Origin: the human T2T-CHM13v2.0 reference genome, Homo sapiens | Assembly (NCBI RefSeq): GCF_009914755.1 | Contig: NC_060926.1 | Strand: one strand, 5' to 3' | Length of the DNA: 64,000 bases | Part shown: positions 1 through 12,945 of the stretch, one piece after another | Layout of the letters: each line of letters starts with the position of its first letter | How positions within the stretch are numbered: position 1 is the first letter of the stretch | Translations under genes and position numbers: made by a program | The notes under the pieces: generated by a model | Database searches by the model: none | The model's input: the letters and a program-made list of their open reading frames with translations, nothing else | What the model was told of the DNA's origin: nothing

Positions 1-669
1 GCCCCAGCAGCAGCTCATGGAGTTTGATCAAATGCTTCCATGCACACTCTGATTTTATTACCCCTTCATTTCCTTGCACCAGACAGATAGGGAATTCAAG
101 ATGCACCTAAACAATGAGGGACATCCTTTATTCAGGTCTAAATGCTGTATTGATGTTATAGAATGACTGAATTAGCATCATTCCATTTTGTGTTTAGGGA
201 TATTAAATGTCATTGAGAGGAAATATATTTAAGAGGCAAAACCCTAAAACTTGAGGATTAAAGAAGAAAATTTTCAACACATTGGTGTTTTCACATGAGC
301 ATATGGAGATATAGCAATTTTAATAATGTTGCTGCTTTACTAAAAGCTTCTGTATTGAAGAATTTCTTGATTATGTAAGCAAATCTGATAACCCTCATCC
401 CAGAGGGAAAAAACCATCATCACATATCATCAGGGCCTGGGATATTAGAGCTGACCCTACAGTCCTGGCCAAGTGTTCTGTCCTTTTTAACCACATACAT
501 GACAAATGACGGACTGCTGTGTAATATATTCCCTTGGGCAACCCAAAACTTCCAGCCTTTGATTCACTCTGCAGTTCAAAAACTTCTACCTAAATTCAAG
601 TGATTGAGAAGGATACAATTTTGGAATATCCTTAAGCTCGTTTTAACCCATTATTTTTTAGTTTAACAA

Positions 670-2757
670 ACCGCAGGGAAATTCACATAAAATTAATTAT
701 TTAAAGTGCACAATTCAGTGGTATTTAGTACATTCACAACATTGTACAACTACCACCTATTTTAAGTTCCATAACATTTTCATTGCTGATACGGTTTGGC
801 TCTGTGTCCCCCTGCAAATCTCATCTCGAATTGTAATCCCCACATGTCAGGGGAAGGACCCAGTAGGAGGTAATTGGATCATAGAGGTGGTTTCCCCCAA
901 GCTGTTCTCCTGATAGTGAGGGAGTTCTCACTATCAGAGAGCTGATGAGAGAGCTGATGGTTTTAAATGTGGCACTTCCTTCCTCTATCTCTCTCTCTCC
1001 TGCCGCCTTGTGAAGAAGGTGCCTGCTTTCCCTTCACCTTCCACCATGATAGTAAGTCTCCTGAGGCCTCCCCCGCCATGAGTAACTGTGAGTCAATTAG
1101 ATCTCTTTTGTTTATAAATTACCCAGTCTCAGATAGTATCTTTATAGCAGTGTGAAAACGGACTAATGCAATCGCCCCAAAAGGAAACCCCATTAAACAG
1201 TTACTTGTTATTCTCACCTTTTCCCAAGCCTTGGCAACCATCATTCTTCTTTCAGTCTCCGTAGATTTACCTACTCTGGATATCTTATAAAAAATGAAAT
1301 CACACAATATGTGACCTCTTGTGTCTGGCTTCTTTTACTTAGTATAGTGTTTTTGAAGTTTTTGCATATTGTAAGATGTATCAGTATTTCATTTATTTTT
1401 ATAGGTGAATAACATTTCATTTATGTGTATGTCATATTTTGTTTATTCATTCATGTTTAATAGATTTAGGGTTGTTTCCACCTTTTGGCTTTTGTGAATA
1501 GTGTTACAATGAACATCCATGTACAAGTATTTTTTTAGTATCTGTTTTCATTTTCGGGAGTATTTACGTAGGAGTGGAATTGCTGGGCTATATGGTAATT
1601 CTATTATTTACTCTTTGGGAAACTGCCAGACTGTTTTCCATAGCAGTTGTACCATTTTGCATTTCCACCAGCAATGTCTGAAGGTTTCAGTTTCTTCATG
1701 TCCTCACCAACACTTGTTATTTCAATTTTTCTTTCTTCCTTTTTTTTGTTATTATAGTCATTCTAGTACGTTTGAAATGGAATCTCATTGAGGTTTTGAT
1801 TTACATTTCCCTAATGGTTAATGATGTTGAGTATCTTCTCATGTGTTTTTGGGTACTTGCGTATCATTGCAAGATGTTTGTCCAAATTCTTTGCCCATTT
1901 TCTAATTGGGATACTTCTTTTCTGCTGAGTTGTAAGAGTTCTTTATACATTCTGGATACTAGATAGACCCTTAGCAGATGTTTACAAATATTTTCTCCCA
2001 TTCTGTAGATTGTCTTTTAACTTGTTTGCTAATGTACCTTGGTAAACAAAAGTTTTTAATTTTGATGAAGTCCAACTTATCTATTTTTTGTTGCACTTGC
2101 TTTTGGTGCTACATTTAAGAATTCATTGCCAAATCTCAGGTTATGAAAATTCACTACTATGTTTTCTCCTAAGGGCTTTTTGGTTTTTATCACTTACAGG
2201 TAGATCATTAATATATTTTATGGATATGCAGTTATACAGCTCTACTTGTTGAAGAGACAGTCTTCCCCATTAAATTGTCTTGGCATCCTTATTAAAAATC
2301 AATTAGCCATAGGTTTATGGGTTTATTTCTGTAGTCTCAATTCTATTTCATTGGTCTATATGTCTATCTTTATACCAGTACCATACTCTTTTTATCACTG
2401 TAACAGGTAGTTAGTTTTGAAATTGTTTTCAACTTTTTCATTTTCAAGATTGTTTTGGTTATTCTGGGTTCCTTGTAATTCTTTATGAATTTATGAATTT
2501 GAGAATTGGCTTTTCCATTTCTGCAAAAATAAACATTGGAATTTTAATAGAGATTGAATTGAATCTGTAGAACACTTTGAGTAGTATCATCATCTTAATA
2601 ATCTTAAGTCTTTTGATCCATGAACATGGATGTCTACATATATTTAGGTCTTCTTTAATTTCTTTCAGCAATGTTTTATAGTTTTCAGTGTATAAGTCTT
2701 TTAACCCTTCGATTAAACTTATTCCTACGTATTTTACTCTTTTGGATGCTAATTGTA
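670..2757 (-). mobile_element. Old L1 (L1MB-like) 3' UTR and ORF2 end, interrupted by a THE1/MSTA LTR
   Basis: L1M 3'-end motifs (aaagtgcacaattcagtggtatttagtacattcac). Minus-strand ORF 2483-2671 resembles L1 ORF2 C-terminus ([14 protein letters not shown]). Confidence 0.85.
787..1170 (+). mobile_element. THE1D/MSTA-like MaLR solo LTR
   Basis: Starts tgatacggtttggctctgtgtcccc, ends ggactaatgca. 5-bp TSD attgc (782-786) / atcgc (1171-1175). Confidence 0.9.
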
Positions 2758-3601
2758 AGTAGAAGTAACTTAGTTTTTAAAAGGCAAATGAAGCTCAAAT
2801 GTGATGCTTTATTATCAACACATTAACTACCATTTAGTTCAGCTTTGCCCCAGTAATTCTACTATGTTGTCATTGAGGTAGAAATCTTAATCCTCTCACC
2901 CTTCATTATTATTAAGCTTTTGCTTCCACAATTCTTTATAGTGCACAGTTTTAACTAAAGGTGACAATTAATATAAATTTATTTATTTTTACCTTCAGAA
3001 ACTATTCATGCCATGCCAAATATATGTTATATGTGACTGCATATGAACACATAGCACAAATACTATAATGTAGTGTCTGACTATTTTAGGATGAGGCAGT
3101 TCTACATGAGCCAGTGATTCTGTTATACAGTATTAGACATTTTTTGTAAGTGAGCAGTCATTGAAAACTTGTTCTTTAAAAGCATTAATAATTATCTATT
3201 GTTTTGCTGAGATTTAAAAAAATAATGAGCACCAAAACTTACTGCCTGTCTGCAAACTAATCAAATCTAGTTTGGTTGGGAATAGAGTGAGATGTTGTTC
3301 AGAGAAATTTAGAAAACTCTTGTTATTTCCTATAGAAGTAGAGTTTTAGGATTCTTTCATGGATGTCTCAAGGTCCTTTAATGGCTTATTAGGAGAAAAG
3401 GATGCAGAAGAGAATGATCTCTAAATTGTTAGGAGTAATAGAAAAAGGCTTTCCTAGTTCCGAGTCCATGGGAAGACTTGGTTAGTGTATTGTTTCATAG
3501 AACCTTAGCCTGGTTGTTTTACTTATGTAGCTACAGGTCATGGTAATTAATTACACTCCAAGATAATTAGCATCTAGGTGGGCAGAGTTTCTGTGACATA
3601 A

Positions 3602-3939
<338 letters not shown>

Positions 3940-4045
3940 TAACATTCAAAGCTACAGAGTTGGGGAAATAATCCATTTCTCTTATTTATGCTGAGGGACT
4001 TATGAACTGTTGAATAGTTTGTAAAACAAAAACCCAATATGGGCA

Positions 4046-4674
4046 CAGTGGTCCCCGCTTATCTATGGTTTCATTTTCTATGCTTTCAGTTACCCTCAGT
4101 CAATTGTGGTTTAAAAATGTTTTAAATGAAAAAATCCCAGAAATAAGCAACTCACAAGTTTTAAATTGTGCACCATTCTGAGTAACATGGTGAAATCTCA
4201 CGCTGTCTCACTTAGGACATGAATCATCCTTTGTCCAGCGTATCAAACTATCTAAGCTACCTGCCCACTAGTCACTTAGTAGCCATCTCACCTATCAGGT
4301 CAATCAACTGTCATAGTATCACAATGCTTGCATTCAAGTATCTCTTATTGTACTTAATAATGGCCCCAAAGTGGAAGAGTTGTGATGCTGGCATACTGTT
4401 ATAATTGCTCTATTTTCTTATTAGCTATTGTTAATCTATTACCATGCCTAATATATAAATCAAACTTTATCATGGGTATGTATGTATAGAAAAAAACATA
4501 TGTAGTATATATGTCCATATACTATACTATGACATATATATATATGCATGTGTGTGTGTATATATATATACACCTGAAACCCTATATATAATATAGGGTT
4601 CAGTACTATTCACGGTTTCAGGCATCTGCTGAGGGTCTTGGAATGTATCCCTCATAGATAAAGGGGGACTACTG
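4046..4674. mobile_element. MER44 (Tigger7-derived) DNA transposon
   Basis: TIRs cagtggtccccgcttatc / gataaagggggactactg, right end followed by TA; internal AT microsatellite at ~4500-4595. Confidence 0.85.
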
Positions 4675-5437
4675 TATAGCCTTTCTGACTCATGATTAAA
4701 TTTCATTAACTATTGCTGAGATTATGTTCAAAGAAATGGTATAAGGTTTTTAAATTAACTAGGTCTCATAATCTCATCTGTAAACTACAGATCTTACTCA
4801 CCTTTACTATTCAATGAAAACCTGTATTTGGGGATAAAAGGACTATCTATGATTTCTATTTTTTTTCTTTTGAGCCATTAACAAAAATCTTAAAACTTTA
4901 CTAACAGGATTTAAATGATATACATTCAGGTTGGGAAAACCAAGAAGACTGCTCCTCAGAAAAGGGAATACCACATCCTCCTCATGGTCATTAGTCAAGT
5001 CATCTGACTTCTCATTTTGGGGATGGTCTATGGAGTGTTGCCTTACTTGCTACATATGGGCCACCTGGAATGGTGTCACCAGTCATAAGTACTATACCAT
5101 TCATTTTGACAAGAAGACCCTGTGTATAACCCAATTATCTACATACTGATAAGCGAACAAAGAAGGCCCTGTGTTCTACACTTCCTGTAACTTAGCGGAA
5201 TTCAATCTCTCAACCAAGTCATGTACATTAAAAAGTTACCTATGTTTCACTAGGGAATAGAGTCTTTTTACCAGGCCTGTGGAATTAGGAAGTCAATAAG
5301 ATAATAAAAATCATCATCAGGTTTTCCTGTTTGGTTTAAATAGAAGAGACAAGCGTACTATTTCTAAGAATATGTTGACCAAAATCCTGTAGCCATTGCT
5401 TCCCCAGGCTACACTGACTGATGCTGTTATCAGTCCT

Positions 5438-5700
5438 TGTGGATTACGGTGGACTGCCTGTCATCAGCATTGCTCACTAATATTTCCTGTTCTCCTTCTG
5501 CGAACATGGAAGGATTAAACTTTCCTCTCTCCTAAAACTTAGGTTTGGTCATGTAACTAGTCTTGGTCAATGAATGTGAAAACTGATGTGTGGCACTTCT
5601 GGGTGGAAGCTTTAAAAAGAGCTAGCACAGAATTAGCCACATTCCCCATTCCATGCTCTGTTGATTACAGAAGTACCTCTGTCAAGAAAGCCTCTGTTGA
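5438..5700 (+). mobile_element. Old MLT1 (J/K-like) LTR fragment
   Basis: MLT1-type motif ggtcatgtaactagtcttggtcaatgaatgtg...cacttctgggtggaagctttaa. Confidence 0.6.
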
Positions 5701-6225
5701 GAGGAGAGAGCTGTGGACATGGGGCTGGGATAAAAACATAGCTGTCACCATTTCTGTGAAGGGATTAGGATTCCTGAAGGCCTGGATATTCTTATGTAGG
5801 ACATGGAATTTTGCCTCTGGAACTCATTTTTTTTCCAAGTGCAAAATTGAATTGGTTAAGTTCTTAATATTTCTAGAAATACAGCACCACATTGATGACA
5901 AACTATCAACCAGCCTGTTCAATAACACTGACAATATATCAAGCACATGTACTAAGTTCATAAAATTACTGCTAATATAAGTTACAGAGAAAAATCAACT
6001 CTCTCAAAACGTTCCTATAAAAGCAGAAAATATGTCTTATTAAGCATGTGTATTTTAAAAATATTCATTAGGGAAGTTTTAATAAGTCAGAAATTAACTT
6101 AAATGGGGCACTTAGAAACTTTATTAAAGCTGATGTTCAAAATGTACACTATAATTTGTTTCAAAATTTCAGAGTAAGTTGATGAAAAGACAAAATTTGG
6201 GGACACTATAAAAATAATGGAATAA

Positions 6226-6360
6226 GATATATAGATATGCATATGCATATATTATATGCACACATATATACACATAAACACATGTATATGTGTGTGCATG
6301 TGTGTGTCTATGTGTGTATGTATAGAAATATATTTATACACATACATATTTTCTCACACA
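6226..6360. repeat. Degenerate (TA/CA/TG)n low-complexity tract
   Basis: Alternating purine-pyrimidine dinucleotides seen directly. Confidence 0.8.
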
Positions 6361-7508
6361 TGGACATTCTTGTACTTCCTCCTGAGCAACAGAACTATTT
6401 ATCATTTTCTGCTCTTTTAAAATTTTGACATTTGGTTATCATCTGTGATACCTTGATAAATAATTTCTCAAGTTTTTTTGTCCATATGAAAACTTCTGAA
6501 ACGCATCTTTTGAGTTCTTGGGTTTGACAAATTCTCCACTTTATTATGATAATGGTTTGAAAACATCAGAGGGCAACCGTGGGTCAACCAGAGCTGTGTT
6601 ATGTTTTCTCTTGGTATAACCATTTATAGTTTTCAAAATGCTTTGAAATAAATCTTGCTATGTAATACACGTGTATGTCTTTGTATATTCACACATACAC
6701 ATTTAAATGATTTTACTAGCTATGAAATTCAAGTGTCTCTTATTTTAATAATTAAATAAAACATATTTGAGCACTATTTAATACACTCAGGGTACTATGA
6801 AAGGTATTGTGGGGAATAAAAATTATTAACATTTATAACCCTCAAGAAACTATTTGATAATTCAAAGTGTTTGGTGAAAAGTGAGTAATAAAGATGTATG
6901 GGATGTCACGTTTTAAAATAGTCTTTTGGATCTTGAAATGAAAGCCATTTAAAACTTCATGATTAAAGGTGAAATTGGCTATGTAAAATCAATTGTGAAA
7001 TAAAACAGGGAAGTACGTAGGCAATCTAGGATTTTATGCTACCATTACCTCTGCCTCCTACTCTGTCCACGCCCTTGCTTCTTCCTCTCTACACTGGTAT
7101 AGAAAAGGAGTCTCTCAAAAGTATAGAAATTGAGAGAAATTCAGCAAGAATTTGCTATCTGAAAATGCTTTGTAACTGAGATTGACTGTTTAAGACTTTT
7201 TAAAATTGATTTTTAGTATGTTTTCTCTCAGGCCTTTTTACATCTCCCTTCTGGCCATGGTGTGATATGAATTTAAATCAAAGCTCAATTTAGGATAAAG
7301 TGAATTAGAATAATTTAAATTTTAATTTGTTCAATAAAGGCTTATTTTTGGGTGTCATTTCACTTATCTGATTCCTTGCTGTAGACAATGGGATATTTTG
7401 ACTTTAATTACATACACATACTTAGGGCACCAAATTGTCATTAAAGTGGGCCTGTTAAACAGTTGCTCTAATGATGTCACTCCTTTGTATAAACCCTTCT
7501 GTGTTCCT

Positions 7509-8208
7509 TGTTTGGGGCTGATTTTTTTTTTTTTTTTTTTAAGACAGGGTCTTTCTCTGTCCCCCAGGCTGGAGGGCAGTGGTACAATCATAGCTCACTA
7601 AAGCCTTGGATTTCTGGGCTCAAGCAGTCCTCTCTCCTCAGCCTCCCAAGTATCTAGGACTACAGGTACGTGCCATCATACCTAGCTAATTTTTTTAAAA
7701 AAAATTTTGTAGAGTTGGGGTCTTGCTATATTGCCCAGGCTAGTCTTGAACTCCTGGCCTCAAGTGGTCCTCCCACATTAGCCTTCCAAAACACTGGGAT
7801 TACTGGTGTGAGCCACTGTATCTGGCCTGAATTTTATCCCCAACAAAATTTATATGTTGAAATCCTAATCTCCAGTAACTCAGAATGTGACTATCTGCAG
7901 ACAGGGTCTCTAAAGTGGTAATTAAGTTGAAATGAAGTCTTTAGGACGGGCCCTAATCTAATCTGACTGGCATCTTTATAAGAAGAGGAGATTAGGACAC
8001 ACAGACCCACAGAGAGGAAGGACCGTGTGAAGACAACGGGGAGAGGGTGGCATTTACAAGCCAAGGAGAGAGAGCTCAGGAAAAACTAGCCTTGCCAACA
8101 GCCTGATTGCAGACTTCCATCCTCCGGAACTGAAAGAAAATAAATGTCTGTTGTTTAAGCCACCTAGTCCGTGGCACTTTGTTATGGCAGCGCTGAGAAA
8201 CTAGTACA
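7509..8208 (+). mobile_element. MLT1B LTR (contains AluJ)
   Basis: tgtttggggctga...ctagtaca; perfect 5-bp TSD ttcct (7504-7508 / 8209-8213). Confidence 0.9.
7522..7827 (-). mobile_element. AluJ
   Basis: Poly-T, gacagggtct, atcatagctcact, gggctcaagc (AluJ diagnostics). Confidence 0.92.
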
Positions 8209-8852
8209 TTCCTTTTACATTTAGGAAAAAATCAACAGAGCCATCCATGAATTGACCTCTGCCCAACACTCACTTCATTTTCCTTGACTGCTCTTTTCCT
8301 AAGCTTGCTGTAGCCACTTCAAACATCCCGTAGTTCCCTGACACAGTGTGTGAAATATTCCTGGGCCTTTGCATATGTTGTGCCCTCTGCTTGAAGAAAT
8401 GCTCTTATTTTTCTAGTGCAATGCATGTTGCATTTCACCTTCTTGGGGATGCTCCTTGCAACCCCAGCCTTGTGCTGATCACTCTTCTCAACTATTCTCA
8501 AATCTTGTAGGTACATGTAGTACTCAATTATTCTGTAGTCTGAACTCTTGAAAGGCAATAGCGTCCATTCTTGGGATCTATGAGATGAATAATAAATGTT
8601 TGATGTGTGGATTACACACATATCATACATAGACTATGAAAACATTTTCATGGCAAAAGACAATTTTCTAACATTCTTAGATTGGGCCTGATTTGGTTGT
8701 GTGTGAGCTCAGAATACCAGATAATTTATGCAATTATTAGGCCAAGCAATGTTATCAAACTACTTCAAACAGTTGTGGTAAGAAAAACAAGTTGTTTTTA
8801 GAGAAGTGTTTCATTTTTGAGGCGTGCTCAGAGTAAAGAGAAATTACTTGGC

Positions 8853-11800
8853 ACATTAGTCAGGATTCTTGGTTGCAAGTGATAGAAATTGACTGGTAGT
8901 TAATCAGAGAAGGAAGGATGCTGAGTAGTTTACAGCAGCAGTGAGAAGGCTCAAAAGCCCGTCTGAGAGAAGCAGGAGACCAGGCAGCCGGACCGAGCTG
9001 AGCTCCCTGCCGAGAGCAGTCTGGTGCAGATTTCATCAGGGCTCACATCTCAGCTGTCTCAGAGGCTCACCCAAAAAGCAGGATTTGAGTCCTGGGTAAG
9101 AGCATCAGATTACTCCAGCCTTGGCTACCTGCCCACAGCCCAGGTTGCTGGCAGGCTAGGGGTGAGAGGAAGCATCTGGTCTCTCTGCTTCTGGCCTGGG
9201 AGGGAGGGCTCTGCCTCCCATAAAGCCTGGTAATGAGGCACTCCTTCAAAACTGGAAGAGCCTTTGAATCAAGGTAGCGGCCCTCCTCTAAAGAAAATGT
9301 GAAATATTTCTACATCCCCTCCCTTTGACCACTCAACACCTATGTAAACCTTTCTTCAATCCTATGGAAGAAAGTACTCTTGCCTAAAATAATATAGTCC
9401 TTTCTTGTATGATTAAAAGTACAGCACTCCTCAGTGGAATATAATCCAAGTTGTAGTCATTTACTTCAACCACTCCACGTTCCTTGAGTAATACACAGTC
9501 TTCTAGAGCAATTGCAGTGCCCTCTCAATATCCTGCAACCTATGCTCTCAGTTTCAGTGTTAGTACTACCAGGACTTATTGTACACCTATATACAATATG
9601 GGAAAGAAAAGATCACTAAAAAAATTATGAACATAGCATGACCCAGCATGGAAGGCAACGTCAATGGAGACTGCATTCCCCATAATGTATTCTATGTTCC
9701 TTCTGCCTTCTGCCAATAACTAAGTTGTTGTTTACCCATTGGGATAACTCAACTTTTCATTACCAATGAATATCAACCCTTGGCATTCTAGCCCATATAC
9801 AGTGATAGCATTGGGCGTGGTTGCATAAGGACCTGGGAGAATCACCTGGGCTCCATTCACTTGCCTTCCTGTTGCCATTGTGTAAAAAACTTCAGTATTT
9901 CCTTCATAGTGAGGACCTATGCCCCCCAAACACTACAACTTCTCCTCTTTACTTTTTTCTTTTCTTTTTCTTTGTGCCAAATGGCCTGAAAACATAAATG
10001 GCCAAGCAGTTGAAGACATTGTTGTGATCCTTAATAGGAGGGTTTCTTCCATAGCTAGTAAACCTCCAAACAAGAAAAACACTGAAGTACAAGGACTGGA
10101 AATACAAATGTTTCATTAGGCTATAGGTCTAATCATGAGGCATGCCACCTTTATTCTTACCTTTAGATCCATGTATTTTGGCCAAGGGTGAGAAAGCACC
10201 ACATACTGACTGCTGGTTCAGTGGACATATTGCATCCACAGGACAGCATCCCAGCCTCACAAGATGCTCTTCTCCCAGCTGGGGTCAAAACTGAGTTTTT
10301 AATATGTATTTAAGAATATATATGCTGCCTATATCTGGAGGATAGTACACCTGATAAATCCTGTGAAAACCACAAACATTAAGGTAGTTGTTTTTATAAA
10401 ATTAATTATTTGTCAGAAGCAATGTAATGTGGGGCAACATGACAACGTATAAGATGTTTAGAAAGTCTGGGACGTAGTGATGCTGAAAGTAGCATGAATG
10501 CAAACTGAAGCACAAAGTTCATCTTAATTCCAGTGAAGCAGATCGCTGTGCTTCTATGACGGAAGATGCTTGGTGCAGTCACTGTGCTACCAAGAAGCTG
10601 GCTGTTCCTAGGGTATGGTAAATATTAAAATCTCAATTTGGTGAATGGTGCCAGCCGCTTGGGCACTATGCAGAGGGGATGGCAAAGCAAGTTGTGGAGA
10701 ATTGCTTTTGACCCATTTCGTCACCTCCTTTCCGACAGTTTGGCCACTCTCTAGAATACCACCACGCAAGAGATTGGCTGGTTGGAGGAGGATGCTGACC
10801 CACAGTGACAGAGTAGGACATCTCATCCAGCCTGGGAGCAGCCGCAGAGAATGCAGATATTCTGCTACTCTTGCACCATTCTGAAAAGACAATCCATATC
10901 CTCTTTTCCACGCTTTTTGTCTCCAGGTCCACTCTGTTGCTTCTAAATCCCTTGCTATTTGGCCAAAGCACTGAGCTGGAATGAACTGTGCACCCCTATC
11001 TCTAGCCACCCCTCATTCCAGGAAATGTGGGGAATGAAATATGTGGCTTGAAGTTCTGCTTACCACAGGGAGGTTCCTCCTCCACTGTCCTTTAGTGCCA
11101 CTGCTGAGCTGTGATGCCATGCAGAGTCATCTGTTTCTTCCTAATGAATTGTTCCTCAGGAATGTACCCTGAAGATAAAAGTGAAGCTTGAAGAAAAAGG
11201 AACAAGGTGGTGGGATGAGGCTCTCTGAGATTGGGTGCTGCAGGCTTGCTAGACAATGGGGTGCAAAGCTTCTCTAAGATGAAACTGACAATTCCCAGGT
11301 CAGCAAGGGCTGCTCAAGTCACACAGATGCCTGGTGTATCAATTAGGGATGCTTCAGGATGCAAACAACAGAGTATACAACTCATAGTGACTTCAGCACA
11401 TAGGGCTTTGCTTTTCTCTTGTACTCTTGTAGAAATAAGTCGGAGGGGATGCAGGCTCAGTGACCCAGGACCAGCACCTTTGCAGTTATCTTTGCAGGGA
11501 CTTCTGCTTTGGTCTTATTGGCCCAAAATCTGTGACCTGTGGCATCCTACCCCACCCTCATCTACAGAAGTGGAGGAATATTTGATAATATAGCTCCTCC
11601 AGTCCTGCTAATGTTACAGACATGGGGATAAGGGTTTGAGCACATAGGAATTGGTTTGACAGCCAACAGCGTCTACAGCACCTGGTGATATAGTCAGATG
11701 CTGAGTCTCCACAGAGCCTAGTTACAAACTAAGAAATGTTTTCTCAAAGGGAAGGTAATTCCTGATGGAATGCAGAGGCTCTCATTCTCCACTTGGGCTC

Positions 11801-12540
11801 ACTGCGGGCTTCAGACAGCAGCCAAGCTGTTTGGGTACTTTGCCCTTAGTTGGCTCTGCCAGTTTGTAAGTTGATGAACCCAGCTTCTTTTACTGCAGCT
11901 GCATCACTTGAAAAACTGATTTTTCCTCTGGGTACCAATCAAAACTGGAAGTAATTTGAAAAAACAGTAAGTGAATCAAAATGGGCCCCCCAAAAGTTAT
12001 GGAATATATATATGCAAAGTCCAACGTGTTGTCTTCTTGGAGGTGGGGAGCTCTAGGTTTAGCAGCTTGTCCTTTGTCTCCTTTGTCTGGGAGGGGTATC
12101 CCGATGTGCCCCAGGACACTAGACCCCAGTGCTTTATCAGGGTGAGCCCTGCATGTTCATGGTGCTTATCTCCCTCCCTCTGGCAGTTTGCCTTTCCCAG
12201 TGATTTAGGGTGTGCACCACTTCCTACTGGTTAGAGCCAGAGTGCGATTTCATCACTGTAACAGGTTCACGGACTTCTCAGTTTTCCTTTCTACTCAGTG
12301 GGTCTAGTAGCCAATATGGGAGTTATCCCAGTTACTGAAAATTACAATTCCAAGTATGCATATTCTCCTAGGAGAATAGGAACCTGAAACTAGGAACTAG
12401 GAGAATAATCTTAGGAGCTATGATTGACGTTTCAACAACTGCCAAGGGAACTCGGTCTATACTGCACATATTTACTAATCTCCGTGACACCCCTACTCTG
12501 ACCCATGGATAGCAGCAGTGATCTAGGTCTCAGCAATCAG
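8853..12540 (-). mobile_element. Degraded ERVL/MaLR-type LTR plus internal pol remnant
   Basis: Minus strand matches ERVL pol motifs: PFEKQLLACYWALVETE-like at ~11700-11760, TIP.G.QPA.WWQVDYIGPLPS-like at ~10530-10620, W..VL..AVYALNQ-like at ~10200-10260. LTR-like end at 8853. Boundaries approximate. Confidence 0.7.
11333..11590 (-). mobile_element. Old MLT1 (K/L-like) LTR fragment inside the ERVL internal region
   Basis: tgtatcaattagggatgcttcaggatgcaaacaacaga resembles the MLT1K/L terminus. Confidence 0.5.
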
Positions 12541-12547
12541 CAATTTT

Positions 12548-12945
12548 CTTACAACTTTAATGAGACACATTTTACGCATCATATAATTTACCCACTTCAA
12601 GTGTGCAATTCAATGAACAGTAAATTTACCAAGTTGTGCAGCCATCACTATTAATCAGTTTTAGAACATTTTCAACAGTCCAATAAAGTCTCTCTGGCAC
12701 ACAGGTAAAAGAGGTCTTATTGAACTGATAGAAATATTATTAAACAGACTTTGAAAAAAATTGTGAAATAATCGCGCTATATTCCATTGTCGTAATCTAC
12801 TTAACCGGGACTACCACTTAGATTGTTTAATATCTTGTACAATGTACATAAAGATATGATGAACTTCACAGGTGGTAAATATTTTCATGCATTTCTCAAC
12901 ATATACCTAGGATAAATTTCTAAAAGTGGAATTAGTAGACTAATA
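12548..12945 (-). mobile_element. L1ME/MB 3' fragment
   Basis: aagtgtgcaattcaatga...ttgtgcagccatcacta...ttttagaacattttc. Confidence 0.65.

Larger units (their letters stand above)
7465..8605 (+). mobile_element. L2 3' fragment split by MLT1B and AluJ
   Basis: L2 motifs gtcactcctttgtataaaccctt, gggcctttgcatatgttgtgccctctgc, aataaatgtttg. Confidence 0.6.

Noticed and set aside
10608-11593. 100-133 aa ORFs in the ERVL region as a domesticated gene
   Set aside because: The pol motifs are broken by stops and frameshifts, and these ORFs do not carry them in frame.
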